A stretch of 64,000 nt of DNA from a bacterium (GTDB taxonomy: Bacteria > Bacillota > Limnochordia > DTU080 > RSA5): NCBI GenBank assembly GCA_002919195.1, contig PKEU01000137.1, positions 1,602 to 65,601 of the forward strand, in the 5' to 3' direction. Below, one piece after another: positions 30,833 through 40,010 of this stretch. Under the pieces are notes generated by a model. The model was not told the DNA's origin and searched no databases. It worked only from the letters and a program-made list of their open reading frames with translations. The translations under genes were made by a program, and so were the position numbers. Positions within the stretch are counted from its first letter, which is position 1. Each line of letters opens with the position of its first letter.

Positions 30833-32185
30833 CTAGAGGGTGGTCTCGCCCTCGCTCGTGCGGACGATGCGCAGGATCTGTTCTTCGTCGCCGGTTTGGG
30901 CGTTGATGTAGACGAGGAAGCGGTCACCCCCTAATGAGGCCGGCACCTCCCACGTGAGAACTTCGTCAAGCGTCTCTGTGGGAATGACGGCCAGGCGGAC
31001 CTCACCCGTCACCTCCAGCCCCATCGCCACCCGCTCGCGCGCTTCGTCGGGGGTGATCTCGGGAGCGGGGATCTTTCGCTCGTGGTGAGCCATGAGGTAA
31101 CCCATGGCTTCAAAGCCCACGATTTCGCCGTTGTCGAGCGCGACGCTCACTTTCACGAGGTCGGGGTAGATCCTAACGCCCCCCTTGACCGGGACGAAGG
31201 GGATCACCGCGACGTTTTCCGCCTCCGTGAGATAGGTCGCCTCCATTCCCTCAAAGCCCCGCTCCCGCAGGAACGCCCGCGCCCTCTCGATCGCCTCGTC
31301 AAAGGAGAGTATCGCCTCCTTGACGTCCCGTTTGGTCAGCATCCAGACCACGTGGCCGCCTTTGACGCTGACGTCCATCACCACTTCGACGCCTGTCTCC
31401 TCTGGGCGGACGACGATGCCGTAGGCAGGGATGCGGCCTTCGACCCGGCGGACGGCCTCAGCGCGGTAGCCGTCGCGCCGCTCGGGAGCGACAAACTCCA
31501 GCGCGATCCTCTCAGCTTCTTCTTCACTCACGTCGTCGCCCGTGAGCCCGCGGGGCTTCCGCTGCAAGACGTGGTCCGAGAAGGGACCGTCGTATTGGAT
31601 CACGGGGATCTTCTGGAAATGGTCCTCGAGACGGGTGAAGCCCGCGTCGGGTTGCTCCTCTTGTCTAAGGCGCCGGCGCGTCCTACTCTGCAGTTCGCCC
31701 CAGGGCATGCTCCCTTTGGCGGCTTCCCGCTGGATCTCGTGCAGCGCCGCGCTGATGCGAGCCGCTTCCTCCCGCATCCTCCGGATGAGCGACATCTCGT
31801 CGTCGCTGGGAGGTGTGCCCTTGGCCGCCTTTTTGGCCAGCGTAAAGCCAAAGTCTCCTACCTGCGTGAGGAACTTGCTGGTTTCGATGAGCGTCCCCTG
31901 AACCAGGGGCAGCAGGGTGAGATTGGCCTGCGCTGCAAAAGCCTGCTGCCTCAGGTCAGAAAAAATCTCGGCGAGCTGCCCGGGCGTGGAGGCCGCGATC
32001 CCCTTGGAGAGCAGCACTTCCACGTTTTCCACGTGGCCGACGGCGTCGAAAAACGCCTGCTGATAGCGGGCGGCCAGCTCCCTTTCGATCGCCTGCCGGC
32101 TCCGCATTTGCTCTGCTCCCCAGAGGGCGGCGAGCGCGACGCCCACCACCAAGAGCAGCGCCGCCGTGCGCCAGTGCTTCGACAC
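30833..32185 (-). CDS. ypeB: Germination protein YpeB (PepSY domains)
   Basis: TSKFLTQVGDF, YDGPFSDH, IYPDLVKVSVALDNG, YINAQTGDEE; downstream of sleB. Confidence 0.93.
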   Translation of the reverse strand: MSKHWRTAALLLVVGVALAALWGAEQMRSRQAIERELAARYQQAFFDAVGHVENVEVLLSKGIAASTPGQLAEIFSDLRQQAFAAQANLTLLPLVQGTLIETSKFLTQVGDFGFTLAKKAAKGTPPSDDEMSLIRRMREEAARISAALHEIQREAAKGSMPWGELQSRTRRRLRQEEQPDAGFTRLEDHFQKIPVIQYDGPFSDHVLQRKPRGLTGDDVSEEEAERIALEFVAPERRDGYRAEAVRRVEGRIPAYGIVVRPEETGVEVVMDVSVKGGHVVWMLTKRDVKEAILSFDEAIERARAFLRERGFEGMEATYLTEAENVAVIPFVPVKGGVRIYPDLVKVSVALDNGEIVGFEAMGYLMAHHERKIPAPEITPDEARERVAMGLEVTGEVRLAVIPTETLDEVLTWEVPASLGGDRFLVYINAQTGDEEQILRIVRTSEGETTL

Positions 32186-32202
32186 CCTTCATCTTCCTTT
32201 CG

Positions 32203-32934
32203 TCATACGGCGAAGACGTGATTGCCGATTCGGGCGACGATTTGCCTCGTCCAGATCCAGGGAGAGACCGGCTTGGACGGGTTCCAGAAAAAGACCGCCC
32301 CATAGGTGGGGTCCCAGCCGTTGAGCGCGGCCCGCGCCGCCCGGTACGCCTCCTCCGTCGGGGTGCGCCTCCAGATGAGGCCGTTGGTGACCGATTCAAA
32401 AGCGTGGGGTTGATAGATCACGCCGCTCAGGGTGTTGGGAAAACGGGGATCGTTGACCCGGTTGAGGATGACCGCGCCCACCGCCACCTGTCCTTCGAAG
32501 GGCTCCCCCTGCGCTTCCGCGGCGATGACGCGGGCTAATAGCTCGAGCTGATCGCTGCGATTGACGGCGCCCCCCGCCGAACCTGTGGACGTGGAACCGC
32601 CTCCCGCGACAGCGTTGTAGAGCCCGAGCGCCCTCCACGTGTTGGCCCCGACGACGCCGTCGGCGGGCCAGACTCCGTTCCTCCGTTGAAAGTTGACCAC
32701 CGCCCGGTAGGTCTCGGCGCCGTAGACCCCGTCGATGCGGCCTTGGTAATATCCCCACTGCTGCAGCCGCCACTGCAGCGTCCGCACCGCTTCCCCCGTC
32801 GATCCCCACCGGAGCACCGGGACGCTTTGAGCCTCGACCCGGTTTTCCTCAAGGCGAAGCGCTGCCCGAGGAAGCGAAACGATCGCTCCCGAAACCACGG
32901 CGATGATTAACGCGGCGAGCACCCGTCGCTTCAT
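32203..32934 (-). CDS. sleB: Spore cortex-lytic enzyme SleB
   Basis: Signal peptide, PG-binding domain, AEAQGEPFEGQVAVGAVILNRV, GWDPTYGA. Confidence 0.95.
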   Translation of the reverse strand: MKRRVLAALIIAVVSGAIVSLPRAALRLEENRVEAQSVPVLRWGSTGEAVRTLQWRLQQWGYYQGRIDGVYGAETYRAVVNFQRRNGVWPADGVVGANTWRALGLYNAVAGGGSTSTGSAGGAVNRSDQLELLARVIAAEAQGEPFEGQVAVGAVILNRVNDPRFPNTLSGVIYQPHAFESVTNGLIWRRTPTEEAYRAARAALNGWDPTYGAVFFWNPSKPVSPWIWTRQIVARIGNHVFAV

Positions 32935-33036
32935 CGTGCCATCCCTCCGCTGCTCAAAAGAAGCAGTCGCGCAATCCGCCTCTATTCTTTCCGTCCTTTG
33001 CCCGCTCTTTGCATCGCGCGGGTAGGATTAAAGACT

Positions 33037-33065
33037 CACCAATCACCAGGGGCGTTCATAGTGTG
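33037..33065 (+). promoter_or_regulatory. sigmaK-like promoter
   Basis: CACC-N16-CATAGTGTG. Confidence 0.55.
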
Positions 33066-33142
33066 TAGTGATTTTCGGCGAGCCCGTGCCTTACGTAGCT
33101 TGAGGAACGGGCGAGGTCAAACAAAGGAGGGAAAAGCCACCC

Positions 33143-33781
33143 ATGGCCAAGAGCCAGAGCCTGCAGCTCAACTATTGGCAGAAAAAGGAGCAGCCCAATC
33201 TCGCCCCGATCGGCGGTGGCGGCGGTGGCGACGACTACGGCCCCGAGTGCATCATCGTCGACAAAGTGTACGATGAATGCACCGTCACCGAGTGCCCGAC
33301 GTTCCGCTTCACCGACCTGATCCCCGAACCGGCCAACGTCATCGCTTGCGACGTCGCCAACGTCAGGGTGATCGACGCCGGCATTCCCCGGGACGGCGAG
33401 GTCGAGTTCACCCTCGAATGGGATCAGACCGTCACCTTCGCCGACTCCGACGGCTACGATCACACCGTGACCAAGACCTTCCGGTTCCGCAAACGGGCCC
33501 GGCTCCAGGGCGCCCGTCCCGAGATGGACCTGCGGTTTTTCCATCTGGTCAGGTGCCTCAACTGCCGGATCCGCGAGACGGACGGAGAGGCGGACACCAT
33601 CGAGTGCGAGGTCGGGCTCTTCGTCGTCGTGAAAGTCACCTTTACGGTGCAGCTCGAAGTGAAAGAGGCTCGCTTTTGCCCCCAGCCGCCCGAGTGCGTG
33701 CAGGTGTCGCCCATCGGTTGCCCCGAGTGGGCCGACATGGTCCAGCGGGGCGAGTTTTGGCCGCCCTTTCCCATCCACTGA
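33143..33781 (+). CDS. Cys-rich putative spore coat/exosporium protein
   Basis: 10 Cys in 212 aa, ECIIVDKVYDEC and FCPQPPEC motifs, strong AAAGGAGG SD, sigmaK-like promoter; family assignment is inferred. Confidence 0.6.
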   Translation: MAKSQSLQLNYWQKKEQPNLAPIGGGGGGDDYGPECIIVDKVYDECTVTECPTFRFTDLIPEPANVIACDVANVRVIDAGIPRDGEVEFTLEWDQTVTFADSDGYDHTVTKTFRFRKRARLQGARPEMDLRFFHLVRCLNCRIRETDGEADTIECEVGLFVVVKVTFTVQLEVKEARFCPQPPECVQVSPIGCPEWADMVQRGEFWPPFPIH

Positions 33782-33814
33782 CGGCGGCGCGAGCCGATCC
33801 GCCAGGCGCAAAAC

Positions 33815-33850
33815 CGCTGTAGGCCTCGCATCTCGGCGAGGCCTACAGCG
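33815..33850. repeat. Perfect 15-bp stem-loop without U-tract
   Basis: CGCTGTAGGCCTCGC-ATCTCG-GCGAGGCCTACAGCG. Confidence 0.8.
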
Positions 33851-33928
33851 CGCCTTGTGGCGCTTGACTCAAAACACGCTGCCTTGCGTTTTGACGAAAC
33901 GGGGCGTCGCCTGCGGGGGGAACAAGCG

Positions 33929-34912
33929 TTGCGCATCGTCATGTACGCAGACCGGCCGGCATCCTTTGGGGGCATCGAGACCCACATGGCCACACTCGCC
34001 AAGGAGCTGGCCCTTCTCGGCCAGCAAGTCACCCTGGCTTTCCCCCGCATCCTTGAGGACGGACTCTTTGCCGACGCGAAAGCCCACGGTGTGCGGGTCG
34101 TCAAAGCCGGTCCGCAGGAGGTTCAAGAGCTGGCCGCGAGCGGCAAGGTCGACGTGCTGCACGCCCACTCGGCCCGAGCCTCGCGTCTTGCCCACGCCCT
34201 CCAGCGCCGGTATCCACTGCTCACGGCGACGACGCTCCACGGCCCGGGCCAGCTTCTCCCGCCTTGGCGCCACGGCCGGACCGCCATCATCGCGGTGAGC
34301 GGCGAAATTTCGGAAAGCCTCTCGCAGCAGGGCATCCCCCACATCACGATCGAAAACGGGGTCGATTTGAAGCGCTTTCACCCCCGAGCCCCGGGACTTC
34401 GCCGGCCGCGGCCGCTGCGGATCGTCTACCTTGGACGGGTCAGCCCTTCCAAAATGCCAGGCCTTCTCGCGCTCGACCAGGCCGCCGCCTTCCGCCAGGA
34501 GGTTGACGTCCGCTACGTCGCGGACTGGGCCCCCCGGGCCCAAGAGGCGCCTTCTCCTGCGGTGGAACACGAGCTTTCGGGAGCGGATCTTGTCTTTGCC
34601 ACCGGCAGGGGCATCCGCGAGGCGATGGCCTGTGGGGCCGCCGCCGCCGTGCTGGGCGTCTTTTGGGACGGCCTGGTGACGCCCGATACAGTCTCCCGGC
34701 TCGAGTGGTGCAACTTCAGCGGCCGGGCAAGCCGCGAGCCTCCCACGGCCCGGCGCATCAGCCTCCTGTTAAGGGAGCTGCTGGCTGATCCCAAGAGGCT
34801 TGAGCAGCTCAAAACCTTTGGGGCAAGCTACGCTCGCCGCCACTGGGACGCTCGAGTCATGGCGGAAAAGACCCTTGAGGTGTATCAACGCCTTAAGCGC
34901 GAGGCCTCATAA
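33929..34912 (+). CDS. GT-B (family 4-like) glycosyltransferase
   Basis: GGIETH, DVLHAHS, TTLHG, IAVS, ENGVD, EAMACG. Confidence 0.85.
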   Translation: MRIVMYADRPASFGGIETHMATLAKELALLGQQVTLAFPRILEDGLFADAKAHGVRVVKAGPQEVQELAASGKVDVLHAHSARASRLAHALQRRYPLLTATTLHGPGQLLPPWRHGRTAIIAVSGEISESLSQQGIPHITIENGVDLKRFHPRAPGLRRPRPLRIVYLGRVSPSKMPGLLALDQAAAFRQEVDVRYVADWAPRAQEAPSPAVEHELSGADLVFATGRGIREAMACGAAAAVLGVFWDGLVTPDTVSRLEWCNFSGRASREPPTARRISLLLRELLADPKRLEQLKTFGASYARRHWDARVMAEKTLEVYQRLKREAS

Positions 34913-35420
34913 AGATCTGTGCGATGTGCCACTTTCCGCCGGAGCGGTACACCCCGACGCCCACTTGGGTGTATCCTGCGCTCAGGATGTTAGCCCGGTG
35001 ATCGGGGCTTTCCATCAGGGCTTGGTGGGCCGCGACGAGGCTCGTCGCCCTCGCGATGTTTTCCCCGGCCCATTTGTAGGCAACGCCCTCGCGGCGAAGC
35101 ATGTCGAAAACCGTGCCCAAAACCGGCGAGACGTGGTCAAAGTAGCCCCTTTCCGCCATGTCCCTTGCCTTTTCCCGCGCGAGCCGCACCAGCAGGGGAT
35201 CGACCGCCAGCGCCTCACGTCCCTCCGCCAGCCGCTCCTCGTTGATTTTCTGGAGAAGGTAGGCTTCCGCCTCGCTCTCCTCTATGATCTCAAGCGCCGG
35301 CGTTCCGGCTCTTGCGGCCAGGGCTTGTCCCGTGATGAGCGTCACTGCCAACAAGAGCCCCAAAACGGCCCCGATCCAGACGGACGTCGCTCTCCGGCGG
35401 AAGTTGCCTGAGTGCTGCAT
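34893..35420 (-). CDS. CAP/SCP-domain secreted protein (YkwD-like)
   Basis: INEER, YFDHVSP, AGENIA, LMESPDHRANIL, VGVG. Confidence 0.9.
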   Translation of the reverse strand: MQHSGNFRRRATSVWIGAVLGLLLAVTLITGQALAARAGTPALEIIEESEAEAYLLQKINEERLAEGREALAVDPLLVRLAREKARDMAERGYFDHVSPVLGTVFDMLRREGVAYKWAGENIARATSLVAAHQALMESPDHRANILSAGYTQVGVGVYRSGGKWHIAQIFMRPRA

Positions 35421-35572
35421 GATCCGCAAGCCTCCTTCGGTGGTTTCACCGTCGCGGAGGCTTCCACAACCGCAGGGGCCGCGCCTTTGATCACTCTCTT
35501 CCTGCCTTGGCGCGCCGTGGCGTCATTGTCAAGCTCCGGGGGGAATACCCATACACCGAGGAGTGATCGGCT

Positions 35573-36208
35573 ATGGCACACGAAACCACCGGCGCGGCCA
35601 CCCGGGTGACGATCACTCTCGAAGGGGGCGGTCGCCTGGCCCAGGTCGCGCAAGTCCTCCAAGTGAAACTCGAAGCCCGGGACCTCCAGTGGGAACCCGT
35701 CGACCAGCAGAGGCTGGCCGTGCGGGGAGAGATCCATTCGTACCTCTACTTCCTCCGGGCGGGAAGTCGCAAGATCGAGGGCGAGGGCCTAGCCATCCCC
35801 TTTTCCCGCACCGTGAGCGTGCCAGGACTCGACCTTAGCCGGGTGGACGTCGCCGTCGAAGAGCTGGTTTCCGACCACGATTTCGATCCGGTCACGTGCG
35901 ACTTCCAGCACCGGATCCGGGTCATCGTCCGCGTGTCGGAGCGGCCTCGCCCCGAAGGCGAGACCGGCGAGCAGGGCCACCGGGACATTGCAGAGCCCAT
36001 CCCCTCCGCCCCCGCCCAACGAGACGAGATCCGCCTCTCAGAGGCGTCAGGCGAGACGCGCCTTTCCCAGGTGAGGCAAGGCCCGTCGCCCTTTCCCGAG
36101 CCCGAAGAGGAGGCCGCCCCACCCGCTCCCAGCGAGCCCCCTCCTTCGGCCGACGAGGGCCAGCGGGTCATTGTCTGGAAACCCTTTCCACCCCCCATCG
36201 ACAGTTAA
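35573..36208 (+). CDS. Hypothetical protein, possible coat-morphogenetic (SpoVID/SPOCS-like) N-domain with E/P-rich tail
   Basis: GAGGAG SD, beta-rich N-half, low-complexity acidic/Pro C-half, weak sigmaE-like TCAT...AATAC upstream; function is inferred. Confidence 0.55.
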   Translation: MAHETTGAATRVTITLEGGGRLAQVAQVLQVKLEARDLQWEPVDQQRLAVRGEIHSYLYFLRAGSRKIEGEGLAIPFSRTVSVPGLDLSRVDVAVEELVSDHDFDPVTCDFQHRIRVIVRVSERPRPEGETGEQGHRDIAEPIPSAPAQRDEIRLSEASGETRLSQVRQGPSPFPEPEEEAAPPAPSEPPPSADEGQRVIVWKPFPPPIDS

Positions 36209-36214
36209 AAACCC

Positions 36215-36856
36215 TTATGGGCGGCGGCGAAACACGGAGGTCGACGCCCAGGGCGCTTGCGGTCTTGGCGAGGTGTTCCGGGAGGGCGGCAGCAACGGCG
36301 CGCTGGCCATTTTTCGGGGCGCCGAGCGAGCGCCCCCCTCCTTTGGTTGCCCGGACACCTTGGTGGAAGGAAGTTGAGGCCCAGCGCCCGGCTGCCGGAG
36401 CGGCGTCGTCTCCGCGCCGCGCCATGCGCCGCGGGCAAAATGCTCGAACGCCGCCCAACCGCTCTTACGCTCTCTTAGACTCGGCTGTGACGGCGGCCCC
36501 GCAGCAAGCCTCTTGGGACCGTTGCTGCCGCCTTTCCCTCGCTCGCCCAGCAAGCGCTCCACATCTCTTTGGATAAAGGTGGGCGAAAACAGCCCGTGGT
36601 ACCGGACGGCGCCGTCGATCACCACGAGGGGCAGCGCAGGCCTCTGCGGCCCGCTGAGGGACTGTTGGATCGCGGGAAACTGGGCAAGATCCGCGCTCTT
36701 GACGTCGACGAAGCGGCAAGCGACGGCGTCGCCAAAGTTTTTATGGAGCCGTTTAGCCAACGAACCCGTGATCTCTTCCAGAGATCGCCCTTTGGCTCAC
36801 CCGTAGCAGAGTTTGCTCTCCTTGTCGGCGATGACGACCACTTCGACACGGTCCAT
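36215..36856 (-). CDS. YuzD-like thioredoxin-fold protein with CxxU motif (putative selenoprotein), 213 aa
   Basis: AAGGAG SD then ATG at 36856: MDRVEVVVIADKESKL-CYG-UGA(36797-36799)-AKGRSLEE...RFVDV...LPLVVIDGAVRYHG; in frame with the listed ORF 36215..36760. Confidence 0.8.
36770..36799 (-). promoter_or_regulatory. Candidate bacterial SECIS element
   Basis: UGA, a 10-nt spacer, then a perfect GAUCUCU-GGA-AGAGAUC hairpin whose loop starts with G; UGAGCC can pair with downstream GGUUCG. Confidence 0.7.
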
Positions 36857-36903
36857 GCGACATGCGCTCCTTGAAAGAGATGTTGCGGACGTGTTGCACG
36901 GAC

Positions 36904-36932
36904 CAGTCTATGCAAGTCAAAAAGGACGGGTG
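36904..36932 (-). promoter_or_regulatory. sigmaK-like promoter of the CxxU gene
   Basis: CACC-N16-CATAGACTG, same geometry as the sites before spoVFA and the Cys-rich coat gene. Confidence 0.55.
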
Positions 36933-36940
36933 TGCGGGAG

Positions 36941-37165
36941 CTAGCCGGATGAGGGGGTGGAGACGAGCGTCACGATGGTTCCCGGCTGAAGCTCGGGCAC
37001 GAGAAAATGGTCGGGATCCGTGGAGAGCAGCCGTTCAAGGCGCGCGGTGCCGTCGCCGAGCGGGGTGACCAGGACCCGGATCCCTCCCATAGAGGCCTCG
37101 ATCTGGGCGGGCTCGGCGTCGTCGGAAAAGATCTCTTCCGGTGGGATGATCGTGTATAACACCAT
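36941..37165 (-). CDS. ylzJ: YlzJ-like protein
   Basis: LYTIIPPEEIF, RLLSTDPDHFL.PELQPG; follows tepA. Confidence 0.9.
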   Translation of the reverse strand: MVLYTIIPPEEIFSDDAEPAQIEASMGGIRVLVTPLGDGTARLERLLSTDPDHFLVPELQPGTIVTLVSTPSSG

Positions 37166-37177
37166 AGGATTCGCCCC

Positions 37178-38041
37178 TTAAACGGGCGGGAGAGGCGCCG
37201 GCGGCGGATTGGGAGGATAGCCGAAAGCAGCGCCCGCGGCCGCCGGCGCCGGCTGGTTGTTGACGGGAAAAGCAAAAGCCGGCGAGACCGGGTGTGGGAA
37301 AGAGCCCAGATACCCGCCGGTCGCCCTCTGGATTTCCCCCCGCAAGTAAGCCAGGGCTTCGGCCAGTCCCCCCACCTGGTCGATGAGCCCCACCTCGACC
37401 GCCTCGCGGCCGATCAAGACGGTGCCCACGTCGCGCACCAGCTCGCCCGTGCGAAACATGAGCTCTCTCAGTGCGCCTTCCGAAATCCGCGAGTTTTCGA
37501 CGATAAAGCGGATCACCCTGTCTTGCATCTTGTCGAGGTACTCGTAGGTCTGCGGCACGCCGATCACGAGCCCCGACAGCCGGATCGGGTGCACGGTGAC
37601 GGTCGCCGTGCTCGCAATAAACGAACGCCGGGCTGCGACGGCGATGGGCGCGCCGATGGAGTGGCCTCCGCCCAGGATGAGTGAGACGGTGGGTTTGGAA
37701 AGGCTGCGGATCATCTCGGCGATGGCAAGCCCCGCCTCGATATCGCCGCCCACGGTGTTGAGGACGACGATGAGCCCCCGGACGGCAGGGTTTTGCTCGA
37801 CCGCGACCAGTTGAGGAATCACGTGCTCGTACTTGGTGGTCTTGCTCTTGGCGGGCAAGACCACGTGCCCTTCCACCTGCCCGATGATGGGCAGGCAGTG
37901 GATGCCCCCCTCCATCCTCGGCGGGAGGTTGGATTGACCCAGCTCTTGAATCGCCTGGAGACGGGGAGATCCTTGCGGGGACACAGGCTGAGTCGATTGC
38001 TGCTGGCCCCGGTCGATCTCGGCATCGAAACCGCCGTTCAT
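37178..38041 (-). CDS. tepA: ClpP-like sporulation protease TepA
   Basis: [44 protein letters not shown]. Confidence 0.93.
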   Translation of the reverse strand: MNGGFDAEIDRGQQQSTQPVSPQGSPRLQAIQELGQSNLPPRMEGGIHCLPIIGQVEGHVVLPAKSKTTKYEHVIPQLVAVEQNPAVRGLIVVLNTVGGDIEAGLAIAEMIRSLSKPTVSLILGGGHSIGAPIAVAARRSFIASTATVTVHPIRLSGLVIGVPQTYEYLDKMQDRVIRFIVENSRISEGALRELMFRTGELVRDVGTVLIGREAVEVGLIDQVGGLAEALAYLRGEIQRATGGYLGSFPHPVSPAFAFPVNNQPAPAAAGAAFGYPPNPPPAPLPPV

Positions 38042-38090
38042 GCCAAGCCCACCCTTCCGCCGGTCAGCGCTCCTATTGACCCGGCAAGCC

Positions 38091-38120
38091 TAGTATGGCC
38101 CAAGACCGGCGGAAACATGT
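38091..38120 (-). promoter_or_regulatory. sigmaG/sigmaF-like promoter of tepA
   Basis: ACATG-N15-GGCCATACTA. Confidence 0.5.
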
Positions 38121-38122
38121 GG

Positions 38123-39790
38123 CTATACTTCCATGATGATCGGCAGGATCACCGGCCGGCGCTTGGTCTTTTCGTAGAGGTGGCGCTGGAGCACGTCGCG
38201 CACCTCACTCTTGATGGGCCCCCACTCGGTGATTCCTTGGGCCGCGAGCGGCGCTAGCGCCTCATTCACGACGCCGCGCGCTTCGTCGATAAGGCTCTCC
38301 GACTCCCTCATGTACACAAAGCCGCGCGAGATGATATCGGGACCGGCCACGATCTCGCCCGTCTGCTTGTCGATGCTGACGACGACGATGAGGATGCCGT
38401 CCTGCGAGAGCTGTTGCCGATCCCTGAGGACGATGTTGCCCACATCGCCCACGCCTAGGCCGTCGACCAGCACCCTGCCGGCTTCCACCGGCGCGCCTTT
38501 CCTGATCGAATGGGGCGTAATCTCGATGCGGTCGCCGATCTCGGGGATGACGATATGTTGTTCGGGAATACCCACTTGCTTCGCGAGTTCGGCGTGAGTG
38601 GCCAGCATGCGGTACTCCCCGTGAATGGGGATGAAAAACTTGGGCCGCGTGAGGTTGAGCATCAGCTTGAGCTCCTCTTGGCTTGCGTGCCCGGAGACGT
38701 GCACCCCGCTGACGGCGTGATAGATCACTTTGGCCCCCAGCTTAAAGAGGTGGTTGATGGTCTTTCCCATCGATCGCTCGTTTCCCGGGATCGGCGTGGC
38801 CGAGATCAAGACAGTGTCGCCCCGCCCGATGGCCACCTGGCGATGCTCGTTCATCGCCATGCGCGTCAGGGCCGCCATCGGCTCGCCTTGGCTTCCCGTG
38901 GAGATGACCACGATCCTTTCAGGGGGATAGTCGTCCAGCTCGTCCACGTCGATCATCATCCCGTCGGGGATACGCAGGTACCCAAGACGCGAGGCGATGT
39001 CGACGTTTTTGACCATGCTGCGGCCGATGAAGCAGACTTTGCGGTTAAAACGGTGAGCGGCGTCGACGATCTGCTGGATCCGGTGGATGTGAGACGCGAA
39101 GGCGGCGACGACGATCCGGCCTTCCGCTTCGCGAAAGACGTCGAGGAGCGTTTCGCCGACGATCCGCTCGGACATGGTGTAGCCGGGCCGCTCCGCGTTG
39201 GTGCTGTCGGCCATCAGGCACAATAGGCCCTCTCGCCCCAGCTCCGCCAGCCGATGCAGATCGATCACTTTTCCATCGATCGGCGTGTGGTCAAATTTAA
39301 AGTCGGTCGCATACAGGATGACGCCCGCCTGAGTGGTGACGGCCATGGCGACGACGTCGGCGAGGGAGTGGTTGACGTGGATAAACTCCACGGAAAAGGA
39401 GCCGAGTTTGATCACGTCGCCGGCCTTGATCTCGTGTAAGCGGACGTCGCCTTTGAGTCCGTGCTCCTCCAACTTCGCTTCGACGAGGCCTAGGGTGAGC
39501 CGCGTGCCGTAGACCGGCACATTGAGCTGGCGCAAGATGTAAGGAAGAGCGCCGATATGGTCCTCGTGGCCGTGGCTCAGCAAGATCGCTTTGACGCGGT
39601 TTTCCCGTTCCTTGAGGTAGGAGATGTCGGGGATAACCAGGTCCACCCCCAGCATCTCCTCGTCGGGAAACATCACCCCGCAGTCGAGGACGAGGATCTC
39701 ATTCCCCTGCTCCAAGAGCCACATGTTTTTGCCGATCTCTCCGACGCCTCCAAGGGGAATGAGAGAGACTGTCGATTGAGTTTTTGCCAT
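38123..39790 (-). CDS. rnj: Ribonuclease J
   Basis: PLGGVGEIGKN, SHGHEDHIG, TGSQGEP, HVSGHA, PIHGEYR; TATAAT at 39942-39947. Confidence 0.97.
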   Translation of the reverse strand: MAKTQSTVSLIPLGGVGEIGKNMWLLEQGNEILVLDCGVMFPDEEMLGVDLVIPDISYLKERENRVKAILLSHGHEDHIGALPYILRQLNVPVYGTRLTLGLVEAKLEEHGLKGDVRLHEIKAGDVIKLGSFSVEFIHVNHSLADVVAMAVTTQAGVILYATDFKFDHTPIDGKVIDLHRLAELGREGLLCLMADSTNAERPGYTMSERIVGETLLDVFREAEGRIVVAAFASHIHRIQQIVDAAHRFNRKVCFIGRSMVKNVDIASRLGYLRIPDGMMIDVDELDDYPPERIVVISTGSQGEPMAALTRMAMNEHRQVAIGRGDTVLISATPIPGNERSMGKTINHLFKLGAKVIYHAVSGVHVSGHASQEELKLMLNLTRPKFFIPIHGEYRMLATHAELAKQVGIPEQHIVIPEIGDRIEITPHSIRKGAPVEAGRVLVDGLGVGDVGNIVLRDRQQLSQDGILIVVVSIDKQTGEIVAGPDIISRGFVYMRESESLIDEARGVVNEALAPLAAQGITEWGPIKSEVRDVLQRHLYEKTKRRPVILPIIMEV

Positions 39791-39967
39791 GATGCGGTCA
39801 AGACACCTCCAAGGCGCGTCCGCTCCGGCCCCGGCGGCCTGGGCACGGGCGCGAGCGCCGTACTCGGTCACAAAGTCGCTCCGTCGCCATGGCCTCGCGG
39901 CAATGCGAGCGAAAGAAACCCGAACCAGCACATTATCAATGATTATACTCAACGCCGCGCAAAAGTG

Positions 39968-40002
39968 AAAGCGAAAGGCCCCGTCGAAAAGACGACGGGA
40001 CC
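39968..40002 (-). terminator. Intrinsic terminator after dapA
   Basis: GGTCCCGTCG/CGACGGGGCC stem followed by TTTCGCTTT. Confidence 0.7.
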
Positions 40003-40010
40003 CCAGGTCT

